Source: Raillietiella orientalis (lineage: Eukaryota). Taken from it: a stretch of DNA of 64,000 nt. Position numbers and translations under genes: made by a program. The DNA is taken from NCBI GenBank assembly GCA_036172245.1, contig JAYWIR010000035.1, positions 1,612,001 through 1,676,000 on the forward strand, given 5' to 3'. This document shows positions 36,391 to 50,629 of the stretch, piece by piece. The notes under the pieces were generated by a model. It made no database searches, was not told where the DNA came from, and was given only the letters and a program-made list of their open reading frames with translations. How positions within the stretch are numbered: position 1 is the first letter of the stretch; the number at the start of each line of letters is the position of its first letter.

Positions 36391-39250
36391 CCCCCCTGGG
36401 TCACCCCCTGACTCGGAGGGACGGCCCTTCCCCGAGCTGTCAGTTCGAGAGCGAAGCTCGCGGTGGAGGAAAGTTTTGCAGCTGCGCCCAAGGCGACGTT
36501 CCTCATCATGACCGAGGCCCAGCATGGCGCGGACGCCACGAGGCAACCGACCGACACCGCACCTTTTCCCGCGTATCCCGCCGGAACGAAGGAGAGAGCG
36601 GCGCGGTCACGCGAGGTCGCGAAACTCGAGCCGCCCTTGCCCTCTCTCCAGCACCCGTAAGGGAAAGACTTGCGCACGGGGGATCGTGGCGGCCTCCACC
36701 CTTCCGGACCGCCGCCTCGAAAAGCGGAAGCGAAAGCAGCGGCGTGGGCGCTCCCAGTCGGAAGAACCCGAGCCACCGTCCTCGGCAGCTCCGGGAGGTA
36801 GGCGGGGTGCACTCCGCCCCCACCTAGCTGCCCAGGACTGAAGCGAAAGGATGTGTCCGGCCCACTCGCTTGGCTCGCGAAAGTCTTCGGGTGACATTCA
36901 CTTCGGTGACACTGATCGATGGTCCCTATTTCCACCCATCCTCGCTCCTGAAGGAAACTTTCGGTTCGGTGCCATCCTCGCGGACGACCGAACCGTACCA
37001 TTGACGGATGGCTGACGTTAGTCGTCCGCCCCCCCCCCCCTGCCCCCCTTTAGTGCGGAGGAACGTCCCAAGTCGGAGGAGTTCCCCGCTCTGCGACTTC
37101 CCGGTGTTCCCCGAAGAACCACTGGGATTTCCCAGTGTCGCTGATCCGTGCGCGAGTCCCGCGTGGGATGCACCCGGAGGGAACGGCGCGGTCCGGGGCA
37201 GTCGCTCCCGCGCAGCCCCCAATCGCTGCGCGAGGAGAGGCACCCGGGCTCTACCCTATCGCCAGGTGCCCAAGCGATCCAGTGGGTCGAACGGGAAGGG
37301 CGACGCAAAAGCAGTGAGGGGAGCCGGTGGTCCTCCAACCGACCGGAGGGGCTCCGGTACCCGTGTCCGATGCGCCTTCTGCCCCTGAGGGGCGTCACCG
37401 ACAGTTCTGAAAAGAGCAAGGCGGAGGAAGGGGCGCTGGGCTCCGGGAGCTGGCCGGCTGCTCTCACGCGCCGCTCTCCGGAAGAGCCCCTGTTTCGGTG
37501 CGGAGAGCCGTTCGCGAAACCTCTGGGAGGGACGATGGGACCAAGTATCCCCCCTGTCCGCATGCTCTCCAAGGAAGAAACGGTTTCGCGCCGACACTCC
37601 TCGATCGCTTCCCGGGGGCGGATCGTGTTTCGAGCGAGCGGAGTCCTCGGTCGATCCGTCCCTCTCCTGGAGCGGAGGAGGGAGCATGGACGTGTGTGTG
37701 TGGGGATGGGGGCCTCCTCCCCCGAGATCACCGCATCCACCTGCCGAGGTCCGAAACGGAGAGGCGGCGGTCGTTCGCGGGGCTGACCTGCAACGGTCGA
37801 CCCGCGAAAGTGCATGGTCGAGAGCCCTGGCCCGCAGGCGGCGGGACTTCTCGAAGACCGCAGGAAGGGAGCTGGGGGGGAGGGCAGGCTAGCCGTCACC
37901 GCAGAGGTGAACCTACGGTCTCCAGCATCGCCCCACCTGCCCCAGACTTGGCCTCTTCGCGCTGAGCACCCTCCGAACAGATGCATTCCCGAAAAATATC
38001 GTCGCTTCGAGCTCCCGGAAATAGTGCGCGCTAAGTACCGGAAAGGTCAGGACAGAGAAGGGAGGGGAGGAACTCCCGAAAGAAGAAAATCACCAACCTC
38101 TGTCCAGGACTCGTCTGTCCCCGGGGCGAGAGCGATCGCCGGGTTGACAGTTTTCTCTCCCTACAGGTTTACGTCACCAGGACGCTCCCTCGATTCCTCG
38201 CCGCGTGGCGGGCAGCGCCAGCTGGAACGCCTTCCGGGTGTCTCACCGACGGACGGTTCGAAGGGGAGCGGGGAGTCGGTGGCGGAGGGATGCGGGCAGT
38301 GAGCGGAGGGAGGTAGGGGACAGGATCGAAGACCAGGGAGGAGAGGTGGGAGCGGACCTTCCTGCGCTCCCTCCCGGTAGCGAGGAAGACGCCGCGCGCG
38401 GCGTAGAGGTCGGGGCGCGGGGAAACTCAGGAGACCTCACCCCTTCCCCTAGCTTCATGCAGGGGCGGGGAGCATGTTCCGCGTGTCGGCCTTGGGTCCC
38501 CCCCCCCGCGTGGCCGGCGCACGGTTCTCTTCCGCCTCGGGGGAAGCGAACGCGGAGGGAAGGCGCGCGACCTCCAGGGAGCGCTCTGCGTCGGAAGGAG
38601 CTGAGGCAGCATCCGGCTGGCGCGCTTGCGAGGACGCGTCCACTTTCCCAAGCCCGCCCCGGGTGGGGGCAGCGGTGCGCGCAGGCGCGGGGGAAGAGGA
38701 GGAACAAGGAATTCCGAGCCCGGTGAAACCCGGCACCCTCAGGGTCGCCAGGGGAACGGAGAAGCGAGCCGACCCCGTGGCGGTCCCGGGACGTCTGCGG
38801 TCCGAGAACTGAGATCCCCAGCGGACGCTGGAGGAATCGCGCCGGTGTCTGCCAGCCGGGAGGCGCGCGGCCTTCGGCGAACAGAAGGGGAAAGGGGAAG
38901 GAATACGGAAAAAATCCGCGCCGAGACCCGCGCGGGAAACGCTGCCTTTCCCTCCCGCCGTTCGGGAGAGGCACACAGTCTCTTGCTGGGGAGGGCATCC
39001 CCAGCTTCCGTCGAACTCCCGAAAGATCCAGTCGAAAGATCTCCGCACCGGACCTCCAGCCATTTCCGGTCGAGAGGGGAGCACCCTCACGTGCCAGGAG
39101 CGCGCCGTCGCATCGACGTGGAGCCAGCAACGCGCTCGGTTGGACCCCTCTAAGGTCGTCGGCTGCCGGCCCCGCGGTGGTGGCGAGCACAGAAAGGGGC
39201 TCTCCTTACATATGCGCCTCCTCCATGCGTGGGCCAGTCGGAGGTCTCCT
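36391..39250 (-). mobile_element. Degenerate internal region of a probable LTR retroelement, no intact pol
   Basis: Very GC-rich and adjoins the PPT/LTR. Weak integrase C-terminal GPY/F-like remnant (DGWK*GPSISVTEV near 36900-36940) and a third LTR-like block at 38220-38390. No RT catalytic motif seen. Confidence 0.3.
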
Positions 39251-42200
39251 CCTGAGCTGCTCGAGGAGTATTCAGAATGGCGCCTGCGCAGCAGAACGCG
39301 TGCGCGGCGACGGAAAACCAGGGCCGCGGAACGCCCGCAAAGCGAGGGGCACCCAGCGACCCTCCGGCATCACTCGCTATCGTCCCCCCCCCCCCACCTT
39401 CCGAAAGAGATAAAGCCTGGACGAGCGCGCTCTCTGGACCGGAGAGATATCGAAACCCGACGGCGAAGGCGGCGGACGGCTAACACGGTTGCCACGGCGA
39501 GGGAGATAAACAGGCGCGTCACGCGGGGAGGTTCGGAAGGTTGCCGAACCGCGAGCTCCTCTGGCAGTGCACCAGTGAGCGTGGCCCGGGCGCTCGGAGA
39601 ACCAAGGCGGCGGCGGAGAGTCCTGTCTTCTCACGGGCAGGAGGCGCCCGTACGCGCGCTGACCAACTGCTCCGGAGTTCCTCGGCGCCTCGTCCGCATC
39701 CTCCTCTGCCTCGCCGCTCCTGGGGACGCGCCGCGAGGGGGCGTGACGACAGGCTGCCGTCGTCAGCAGGGCCGCGGAATCTGCTTTTTCCTCCGGCGGC
39801 AGCAGCCCTCTCCCTTGCCCTTTTCATCCCCTTGCTCGCCCGCCTGCGTTCCCACTCCGCGGGGTTCCCGCGCGTGCGCGGGTTTCCCTCATCGCCGCCG
39901 CCGCCGCCACCACCGCACCCAACGATGCGTGACGGCGCGCGCGCAACGAGAAGGGCGCGTGGTGATGCATGCTCCGTGCAAGCGCGGGTGTTGCCATGGA
40001 GGGGAGGGCCAACCAACCTCGGCGCGACGAAGCAAGTTCCTGCGCAGAAACGTGACCTTGATTGCCCGCCTCCGGATCTCCATACGGCGCCCCATTAGCA
40101 GCGGAAGCTGTAAGCCGAGCCTCTTCCCTCGGCATCCTTTCGGGCGCCCGAACGAACCTCCCCGCCTACCACGGCACCGTAAACTCGCGCAACCAGGGAA
40201 GACGAGAAGGGGATGATAGCCTCATGGTAGGCACCGGCCGGCCATTCAGTCGTCCGGGTAACCTGCTGCTGTTCCGGAAGAAGGCAGACGGCGCGCGTAC
40301 TTCACTCTCCCTCCACATCCGAAGACTTTTACTTTCTCTGGGCGGTGCGACAGCCTCTGCTGGCGCAACGCCGTGAAGTCACTCTTCGTGGATCTTCACG
40401 GGAGTGTTGTCCGGAGTGCCCCCTCCTTTTCCTGTTCCCGAGCGCCGGTTGCTGCTGCAAAACCTCCCCTTGCCGCGTTTCCCTCTTCTCCCCTTCCCAC
40501 CACGTTCTGGGAGACCCTCCGTGGCTGTTTGATGAGGCACCACCGAAGCGGACTGTAGTTTCTCCCTGTCCTTCTTACCCCAGCCCATCCTGAGCATCCG
40601 TTTGTCGAAAGGATGCCGCTCAGCTTGGAGGAAAAGAGACGGTCTTCTCTTAGTATGCTCTTCACTTGGCCTACCCGCCCATCCTCTCGATATTCCTTCT
40701 CTCACGCAGCCGCGGCGTGCCTACCCGAGCGGGTCCCCTCTTGTTTTGTAACTCTCACGATCAGTGACCGATATCCAGCCCACGTTCTCATCTTCCTTCC
40801 GGCTGCGTGGATCACCATGATCTTTCCTGAACGAAGCAGTGAGCATCTCGTCCTCGTCCTTTCGCCCCGGTTTCACATCCCCTTCGCGAGCGCCCGATGT
40901 GCTTCCCTCTGGCGTCCCAAGTGATCGATGATGGAGATGCACCGAGTCCCCAGAAGGAAACATCCCTTGCTCCCGTTTGCGCAGTACCATACATCTCCTG
41001 CACAACGGCAGCCTCCGCACCTGGCAGCAGGGAGCCTTCAACTAAGAAGGAAACTTCAAGAGCCAGAAAAGGGACAGAGTGTACTGGCTGATGTCCTGGC
41101 TTTCCAGCATGACGGCAATCTCAAACCTGCTGCCCTCAACAGCGCTGCAGACAGACCGGCGACTACAGCCAGCGTCCTTACAACAGGTGGAAAATCCACA
41201 AACACCATCAGGCTTTCTGGAGCGGCAGTTGCCTCAGACGCTCACAACTGCGTGATTTCGTGGGCCGATCTGAGACTAAAAAGCGTTCCAGGAAGTGGAT
41301 GCTGCCGTTGGATGCAAGGCAGGGAATGAGGAGCGCTTCTTTCACGACTCGATGTGGTGAACTGTTCCTAAGGCTATTTTCAGGTTAGATCCAGTGATGA
41401 ACACCAAGGTCATCGCTCTCATCATTAAAGCTCGTTCCCCCGGCTCGTGTGCGGGAACCCTCTCATCGTTATCCTGGGCATCCATCCATCCCGGTAAAGC
41501 ACTGAACGTAAGAGTCCCCCTCGTCTGCGGAAGACTCAAAGGGTTGGGTGGATTTTCTTAAAAAATCGACCCAGGTTCGGGTGACCCCCACGTACAGAAA
41601 CCCTTAAGCTGATGATAGTCTGCATAGAAGAATGGCGCGGAGCATACACAAATCTGGTACACGCGCAGAAGCGAAATGGTTCAATAGCTAGCAGCCTGGC
41701 CTCCCTCATGGGTTGCAACGCCTCACTTAATCGTCTCTGAGCACCTGTCCTTGAACGTCCATTCCTTCCGGGGGGGGGGGGGGCAGAGCGGGATAAGGCG
41801 GCAGCAGCCAGAACAGCGAGGAAACTCCGAGATCTGGCTCGGGGGGGGGAGGGGGTATGAAGAAAAAAAACTGACAGGAGGTGGACGGAGAGGCGGCTCC
41901 GGCGCTTAGATGACCACCACAGACCCCGCCCAGCAGCAGCCAAAGTGTCAACGATGATGCCTGCCTGCACGGGCAGACAGGAGCTACGTCCCATCACTGA
42001 CATCGTCCCGTCCTCGATGCCCAGGCCGCGAGATTCCTTCTCAACCAAGCTCTCCGAAGATCCTAACCGTGTCGCCAGCAAAAGAATGAGGAAACGAATA
42101 ACCCCACGTACCCCTCTGCAACCCCCTCCTTCTGGCCGGAAGGCAGGGAAAAGAGGTACGAGTGCGTTTGTCCCGGGTGGCTCACCGAGCCAACAAAAAC

Positions 42201-42489
42201 AGAGTTTGGTACATCCGTATAAAAACGGTGTTGACACCGAAAGAGAAGGGACGGGACAGGGCCAGGGAAGCAGCCCGTTTTCCGGCACACTCCATGGAGA
42301 TCCGCGTAAAAGCAAGGGGCAGCAGCGGGCAGTGGAGGACGCCGCAGCAGGCCGGTAGCTTGGAACCTTGCAGGTCGCCACGACCGGGAACCGTTGCTAT
42401 GACTAGCGCCCCGTCGCTGCCGGGGAAACAGGGAGGAAACCGGCAGGCGCCACGAATGGGGCAGCAACTGACTGTTCGTGCCGTGCAGC

Positions 42490-45400
42490 TCAGGACGGGG
42501 CGCGTTGGAACCTGCCGACGACCTGCTCTACCCAGCCGCGGCAGGCCAGTTTCTTCAGCTCACGGGCGACAGCGACCGGAGGAGGCGTGCGCCACACCCG
42601 GCAGCGAGTCCCGTCCTGGGAGACGACGGCTGCGAGACTGACGGACTCGTCCTCCAGGTCGCTGCACACGGCGCTATCCCCAAGCACCTCTGTGTCCTCC
42701 AGGGAGTCCAGAGCCTCCACCTGGCGCTCGTAGAGGCTGCTGAGCGACCCTCCGCCGCGACCACTGCCACCGCTACTGCAAGACGAGGAAGAGGAGGAGG
42801 AAGAGAGGTCAATTTCCTCCTCCTCCTCTCCTGGGACGAACCCTGAAGTCTTCTCGCCGTCGTCCTCCTCGCCTTCGTCGCTGGGCGCCGATCCTTCATT
42901 GCGACGCTGCCGCCATCCGTGCAAGCGCGTGTAGTGCGCCTCACCCTCTCCTCCTGCATCTGCTGGCTCGGGAAAGGAGGGTGCAGGCGCGAAACAGGAG
43001 CTGGTTGCGTCGGGGTGGTGTCGACAGCTCGGGTGCTGGTGGAGATGAGCGCGGGGGCGAGGAGAAGGCGAGCGGGGGTGCCCACTCTCCTCAGCATCAG
43101 TGGTATCGGTCCCCGGAGAGTAAAGGGCAAGGCCCTCCTCAGGGTCGGGGCGGCCCCTGCTCGCCCGCCAGCTCATGATCCAGCGCAAGTGCTGGTTCTG
43201 CATCAACAGCTGCGCAACGACCCTCTCCAGCCCGGTCGGCGCTTCGGCGGGCGGAGTCGAGGCGCGGTGGCGACAGCAACACGGGCAGCCGCCGCAGTTC
43301 CCTTCGAGGGGATGCGCCGTCGTGCGAGAGTCCTGGAAGATGCGCACGAGATAACCTCCATGTCGTACAACAAGGCGGAGGGTGGGAAGTCGCCAGTTAT
43401 CTGTCCGCATGCAAGAGAGCTCGCGCAGGTAGACAGCGGCGAGTGGAGGCGCCCCTAGGAACTGGCACACTTTCAGGAAAGTTTTCTCCTCGTAGGGAGA
43501 GGAGGGGTGTGTGCCAATGCACTCTCCCAGTACGGGGGAGGAACCCTTCACTCGCCCTTCTAAACCACCGAGGATCGGTGTTCCTTTGGCTCGAGCATGG
43601 AATGCGCCAGAGAAACGGGATGTGGGGGGGGGGGGGAGATGGGGGTACATGGATGTACGCGCGAAAGGCAGGTGAGCGAAGCATCCGAGAGTTCCCGTTG
43701 TCCATCGGAAGATCCGGGGTCGGAACGGATGTGCGGCATCCGAGTGCCAGGAAGGGCGGGACGGAGAAAAAACGAGAAAGGGGCAGTTCATGGGATCGAA
43801 TTCACGGAAAAGTGGGCGTGGTGGACCAGGGCGTCCCCAAGAAAAATGGCCCGTGAAGAAAGGAGAACGGATCCCCCATGAAAAGAGAGAAATAGATGGG
43901 AAGATGCTGCAGCGCGACTCACCACCGTCTTCGAGCCACTGTTGCCAACCTCTTCTACCTCCTCCTCCTCCCCTTCGTCGTCATCATCGTCGTCGTCGGG
44001 CATGGCCTGCGTTTTGAAAGGGGGGCACAGCAAAGACGGCTGCTGAGAGACACGCCCGGTTCCCTCGACCCGATTCGCAGCTGCTGCTGCTGCTGCGGCG
44101 GCGGCGGCGGCAGCCCTGCCGCGCTCGCTACGACGCCGTTTCTCCAGGTACTCCAGAGACGCGTGGCGCCTGCCGACGCGCGCCCTGCGGCAGGCGCTGC
44201 CCAGTCCAGGAGCAGAGGCCCTGCGGGCAGTCCTGCGTGCCTCCGGGGCTCCGGTGGGGGGAGGTTCTCCCGGGCCGAGCTGCATGACCAGCTGACGCGC
44301 CTTTGCGGGGATGTGGCGCGGATAGTTCTCCAGAATGGCGCGTTTCAGGTGCTGGCTCCAGTCCCTTTTTTGTTGGGCGCTGGAGGCGCGCAGGGCGTGC
44401 TGGCGCCGGGGGTCATCGAAGGGCAGGACGACGAAGACGCGCGGCCTGCCGGGGACGCTCTCGACCAGCATGAGGGTGTCGCAGGCTATGTGCGCCTTGT
44501 AGGTCAGCGTCCCCGAGGGACGGCGCTTGGTGATCAGGAGGGCCCGCTCGAAGAGCAGCAGGCGCCGGCGGCCCCTCTCGCCACTGCCACTACCCCCGCG
44601 CACCCGGAAGTCGTCTTCTGCCAGCAGCTCGCCCAGGTTGACCGGCAGACGCCCGCCTGGACCAGGCCACCCGGTCAGCAACGTGCGCACCTCGCAGGCG
44701 CGAGCTGCCCGCTCGTGCTGGCGCTTGCCCTCGTTGATGTGATGCGCCATTCCCGTCATGGTGGACAGGGCTGCCACCACGTCTTCATAGCCCGGATCCC
44801 CGCTAACGTAAAGCTTTGCCAGGCCCTAAAAATTACGGGAGGGGGACAGAGGGATGAGTGCTGGAAGAGTCAGGGAAAAGACTCACCTGGAGCATCAGGT
44901 GGTACTTGAGGATCCGCTGCACCGGCTTAAGGAGGTAAGATCCTAGGGGCAAGGTGTGGCCCAAGGCCACCTGCTTCTCTCGCAGCAGCAGGCTGGTCGC
45001 TTCGCAATGCAACAGCTCCGTCAGGGTAGCGATCATCCTATCAGAGTGAGTGGGAGGGAGGGATGAAGGAGGTGAGCGAGCGAAGGGCACTGAGGGAAAA
45101 GGGAGAAGGGATCATCACTCACCGAGGGTACTGAGTGCAGTAGTGCGTGTAGATGGCGAAGCCGGTGTTGTGGCGCACGAAAACCTGCGCCACCCGGATC
45201 GGGTCGCCCTGGCAGCGCTCCAGCTGCTCCAGAAGCTTCCTACGAAAGAGAAAATATCGAGATGGGGGGAGGGGGGGGAAGAAGTAATCACGTACCTGCC
45301 GAAGACATGAATCTCTTCCAGGTTGCCGAAGAGGGCGTCCGCGGAGAGCGCCCCACGCTCGCGCATGGGAAGGACGTACCCCTCGATGACCTCACCAAGG

Positions 45401-45863
45401 TCGCGTACGTACTGACGCTCTGTATCAACAATTTCCTCTGCCACGCGTACCCTCAGGAGATCGTGGCGGAGGCGGGAGGGAATCACATCGCAGTCACTGG
45501 AGTCGTCGTCGTCATCGTTCAAGCTTTCGACGGAAGCCAGGTAGGAGGACTGTGACGAAGACGCAGGGGTGTCGCCTGAGGGCAGCGAAGAGGAGGAGGA
45601 GATGAACGATGACTGGGAGCCACCGTTGCTGCCAGGCTCGTGGTGGCGTTGCTGCTGCTGCTGCTGCTGTTGCTGCTGCTGAGACGGATCGCTGCTGCCG
45701 AGGGAGGCGCTGCGCTGGATGGAAGGAGCAGGGGGCTTTGCCCGCACGATGGGTGCGCTGTACTGACGCGTGACCCCGTGCTTGTGGTCGGTCACGGCGG
45801 GGGTCTTCGTCGCCAAGCAGTCGTACAGGGTAAGCAGGGACGCCATCAGGTCATGAGCCACCC
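42490..45863 (-). CDS. DH-PH Rho guanine nucleotide exchange factor, PLEKHG1/2/3 (GEFmeso-like) family. Exons 45863-45296, 45239-45123, 45037-44887, 44825-43923 (possible 63-nt intron 44069-44007), last exon ~43400-42490. The 5' exon(s) and the 43922-43401 junction are unresolved
   Basis: DH: RVAEEIVDTERQYVRDLGEVIEGY, LFGNLEEI, FAIYTHYCTQYP, LGHTLPLGSYLLKPVQRILKYHLMLQ, ALSTMTGMAHHINE. PH: LLLFERALLITKRR, YKAHIACDTLMLVES, FVVLPFDDPR, KRDWSQHLKRAILENY..IPAKARQLVMQL. Three GT-AG introns (56, 85, 61 nt) keep the frame. Confidence 0.9.
45649..45681 (-). repeat. Coding (CAG/CAA)11 polyglutamine tract in the RhoGEF
   Basis: Read directly; translates as an 11-Q run in the DH-containing frame. Confidence 0.85.
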
Positions 45864-48847
45864 CTGGAAGAGAACACATGGATGAAAGAGTGAGCGCCCA
45901 GTACTCGTGTTTGTTGGTGCTGCACTCGTCGCAGCACACTGCTCGCCCTCCCTCCCTCCTCGACGACCTCATCCGCCCCGCTGCTGAGCAACCGCCTCTT
46001 CCACAGCTTGCCCCTTTCATTTTAGATTCCCCAGTGAGGAGAATCGGAGGTAGTGGGGCTTGACGGAGTCCCGGGGTTCGAACCTTCTGGCACAGAAAAA
46101 GGGGAGGAGTACAGGAAGGGGAAGGTGGCAGCTGCGAGGGGGGATCTCCGCTACGTTGGTACGGTCGGGAGAGGGGCATCAAAAATGAGCGCGGGACTGG
46201 AGGGGGCAGGGAAAGCTCTGGGGATCAGCAGTGCAATCGAACGTTTCCCTAGAAAAAAAAAAAAAGAGGAAGCGAGCGATGGAAGGCACTGCTGACGTTC
46301 TCACAGTAGACATCAATCTCCTGGGAAGCATCCATTCCTGCCCAGGGACGGAGGACGACGTCCTCCAGGACAGCTGCAGCCAAGCGGCGGGCTGGGACAT
46401 CGCATCAAAAGCCCTCCCACTTGTTCTTCCCGATGCCCCCAAGCTTTCTGCACCTCTCCATGTGGTACGCGCAAGAGACTCCAAAAGACATGGCCCCTAA
46501 AGGGGGCCTTCTGGTTTGGGTCCTGCTTAACACATCCCGAAGGTTTATCAGCGACGTGAAGGGTGGGAAAAGACAGGAAGGAAGGGGCCCATGCGCAAGA
46601 CCGAGGGAAACTGATCCGAGGTCGGAGTGGTCTTGGGATGGAGGTGGGGTCTCCAAAGTACAAGAGGGGAATGGAAGGCAGGTGGCCTCAGAAAGGCATT
46701 TGGTGAAGCAGACGCAAAGTCTGCTCTCTCTTGGAGCGGCTCCGACAGGTTCGGCCACGGTTGGAGACGACGAGCACCCGCATCAGTGCAGCAAAAATAC
46801 AGAAATGCTGAACATCAGAATAAATAGAAACAAATAGAAACGTTATGGATTCTATTTCAACCCGAAAAAAAAAATGGGAAAGGATCCTTGGCCTTTTTTC
46901 TGTTCGGAAGAAGGAAAAAAGACACGAGTAGGAGCCTCACATGACCTTCCTGCTTTATCGCTTCACTTCACACTTCACCAAAGGCGATCCCCGTGCTGGT
47001 AGGGGAGGGAGATACGGAAAAGCACTTCGCGGGCCAACACAGCGAGTGGCTCTGGGAAACGGGAAGACAGGGGAGAGGAGAATCGCTGGGTCGGGTTTGC
47101 ACGGAGGAAATGACTTCGAGAGCGGAAGACTTCACAGCCAGCGAGTTTAGTCCTCCCTCCCAAGGGCACAGCCGGCGCCCTTGGGAGGGAGGCGCTTCCC
47201 CGCCCCAGCGCTCAGCCAGAGCTGGGGCGGAGTATTGGGCTGATTACCGGGAACGCTCAAACGCTCACGAGGCAAAAACATGTTGGGAATAGAGAAAAGG
47301 TTGTCCTGAGCTTGCAGGAGGAAGCGGGACGAAGACGGGTCTATCTCTCCTTTCGAGGTCTGATCTGGCGCCACCAGTTTGCCACAGCCTTGCTGCTGCG
47401 TTCGCGCATCTTTGATGCACAAGCGATGGTTTGTATAAAATCTGAGATTTCGCAAACGATCGCAGCTATCTTGCGGAAGGAGGTCTCCATAGGAACAACA
47501 AATCGGCGTCGCCCACCCCCAGCTTCCCAGGAAGTCCAGTCCTGTCTTCCCAGGAACTTCGCTCCTCGGGAAGGCCATCCCAACGTCCCCCCCCCCCCGA
47601 AGCCGCGTCGTCGGTCGATTCCGCCTTTGGCGGTCAAAAAGAACTACCCAAACGCTTCGGCGACAGAAGGTCATCGACGGCCGCGGCCGACATCCGCGCG
47701 TGTGAGGCGTCGCCGCGGCGACGATGAATTCCTTTGGAAAGGATCATCGCATGACGGAAGTGCGGTGACGAAAAGGGCAGAGCCAACCAGCTCTTCGACC
47801 CGCGCTTTTTTTCTTTCATTTTTCGGCGCAACAACGAAAACATTAATAAAAAGGCAAAGGGGAGAAACGACGATTTCCTGTTTCCGGTCAGGCAGCCCCA
47901 CTCAACTGGAAGTTCCCTGAGCGAGTATTCCGCTGATACAGCCGTCCATCCGCAAGCTGAGAAGCATGACTGCAACTCCGAAACTGCCTCTTGAATTCTG
48001 ACGAGTTTTTTTTTTTCTTTTGGCAATTTCCTGGAAGAACGCCGAAAAGGTCGCTTCCACCGCAATAGAATGTTGGCACCGCGTACTAAACAGTTTCGAA
48101 CTCTTTCAAGAACCTGCAGTTTCTCGGGAACCAATCCTTTCCTGCCTTCTGTTTCCTTCTACAAATGGAGGAGCACACGGAAAGCAACTTTTCACCAGAG
48201 TACGCTCTTGGAAAAGAGAGAGAGAGAGGGGGGGGGGAGCTTCCCTGAATCAAACATTCTTTTTCTATGCTTTGCTATGATGGGGGCTTCGATTTCTTCC
48301 ATCTTCCATTTACCGATAACGAACCCATAAAACGAAACCGCTCCACTGTCCGGGGCAAGTGAACCGTGCCCATCGTTCGCTGCACTTCACGAGATGCAGA
48401 ACCGACTCTCGGAGACTGCAACGAAAGCTTCGATAGAGATCGGAGAATGCAACTGGAATGCTATATCTGATGGGACAGAAGCGTCGGAAGATGAGAAAAC
48501 GCGAGCTTGCACAATTTTCCCAAAGTCATGCGGCAAGAATTCCCAGGGAGTTTCCAGGTTTTTTCCATTTCCATGCTTGAGACCTCGTGAGTGCACACGT
48601 TGATAAAAAGTCAACAGCAAATTAGCCATTTCCATGCGGGAACGGCACTGAGAGAGAGCCGTAGGATCTGAACCATCCCCACTGATGCTCCGAATCCTTT
48701 TCAGGCAGCGGATGTCTCACAAACGGAGCACACAAACGGAAGTCGTAGAAGGTGCACGACGCTCTCTCCTGCAAGAACCAACAACGTAAGATGGCGCAGT
48801 CTCGCTTATCGCGGCGTGATGCTGCTGTGTAAACACATAAACGACAA

Positions 48848-48878
<31 letters not shown>

Positions 48879-48889
48879 AAAAAAAAAAA
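48848..48889. repeat. (AC)13 microsatellite followed by an A run
   Basis: Read directly. Confidence 0.9.
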
Positions 48890-50629
48890 CGTCGGCAGCA
48901 AAACAAACACGAAGAGCACGCGGGGATTTCCACGAGAAGATTCCCTCCTGCCGCAGCACTTGGTTTGCCTCGAAGACCGAACTCGGAACTTAAAGGGCAC
49001 GGCCGCATAAATGAAGACGGAAGGGGGGAGATGGGGGGGGGGGGGGAGTGCGGCAAAACTCGCCTTTTCAGAACACCGGGGAACACAAAACACATAAAGG
49101 GACGGTGTGTTTTGCCGTGCCAAATGCCCACAAAATCGACTGCGACTACAACGAGCGGCAGACCAACTTCCCTACCCGCGGAACGTCGAGAAGGAACTTA
49201 CGTTTGTTCCCGTGCCTCCCTTGTCCACATCCCATCTCTTTCTCCGGGGGCACTGGTTCAAGGTACCTTCCACTTTCTTGCATCCACGAGATATGGGTGC
49301 AAGAAAACTTTCACGGATCACAAGACCTTCCCCGTTCGCCTCGCGAACTCTTCCTCAGGCACATTCGCGAATGTTCCTTCCCGTGCATGTTGGAAGGCAA
49401 CGTTTTGCTGTTACGTGCTTGAACAGGCAGACATCCAGCTTCCCCTCACATGGCACCGCAAGGGCACAATCCTCCCCCTCCCCCTCCCCCCTCCCCCCCC
49501 ACACACACACACAGAGACCAAACATGTGTATGCACAGAACAAAGGCACTCTTACTTAGACTATCACGATGCTGTACTGTTATAAGTCAAATACTACACGA
49601 CTGCTGCTCATCTGCCTACTTGAGCAATTACACAACAGGGTGCCACATTCGCTGCTACTTCCTCGAAGTTAGGGGTCCTTGATCATCATCATCATCACCA
49701 CGAAACCAAATGGGGAGACTCTTACCGATTCCACTCCACTGAGGAGCATCCTCCTCGGGATCGTTCGATCCTTCCATGCCAACGCAGCTCTCGAAAGCGA
49801 TTCCGGCGAGGACCGGTGCACTCCGCGCACGGCGTGAAATGACTGAGGAACCGTCCAAAACCACAGGGAGAACACGGGATCCGCGGGATCACTCGGGATT
49901 TCGGCGGGAAAAAGGAAAAAATTGGCGGAACCAAAAGTCCCTATGGCAACCCGCCACGACGGCTTCACGTGCCACTTTGCTGGCGCTGGATCTACGCTTG
50001 ATTTTCTCGCCGGCAGCTCATTAAGGAAGTGCAACATGGCAGGCGAGCCACCATGGGGAACCTCCGGGAACGCAAGCACCGCGCCGGATCACCACCCCCA
50101 CCGCAGCTCGCGATCACATGCTGCTGCGGACTGCGTGCACCTCGCAGCCATGGCAACTTTTGTGCTTCTCTGCAGCTCTGGTGTCGGGCGAGTCGATCAG
50201 ACGAGAAGGGATGAAGCAGCTATCAGTTGTACGTGGTGCAGCTGTCTACCTTTTCTGGCATCTTTTTTAAGCCGTGGAAGAAAACACAATAATCATTAGA
50301 AAAATGATGCACACGGTTTAAACGATACTCGGATGCTGCTCGAAGGACACGAAGGAGCTTTTTTTCCTTTTCGAATTTCCTCGCTTTGGGAGCGATGAAT
50401 GTCGGGCTCTGATGAATGATCGCTCGAGAATTCATTCGTAATGCAACTTTCTTCAGCTTTGCTATCCTTGATGTACTGAAACCGGATTTCCTTCAAATAT
50501 ATGTATAAATGATCTGAGACATGCAAATGTGGTTTTCTGTTCTTCGTTGATTTTTTTTTTTTTTTCTACTTTTCCAGTGGCACTACTGAGGATCAACGTT
50601 TCACGCTTTGGAGGCAGCACTTGAAGCAT

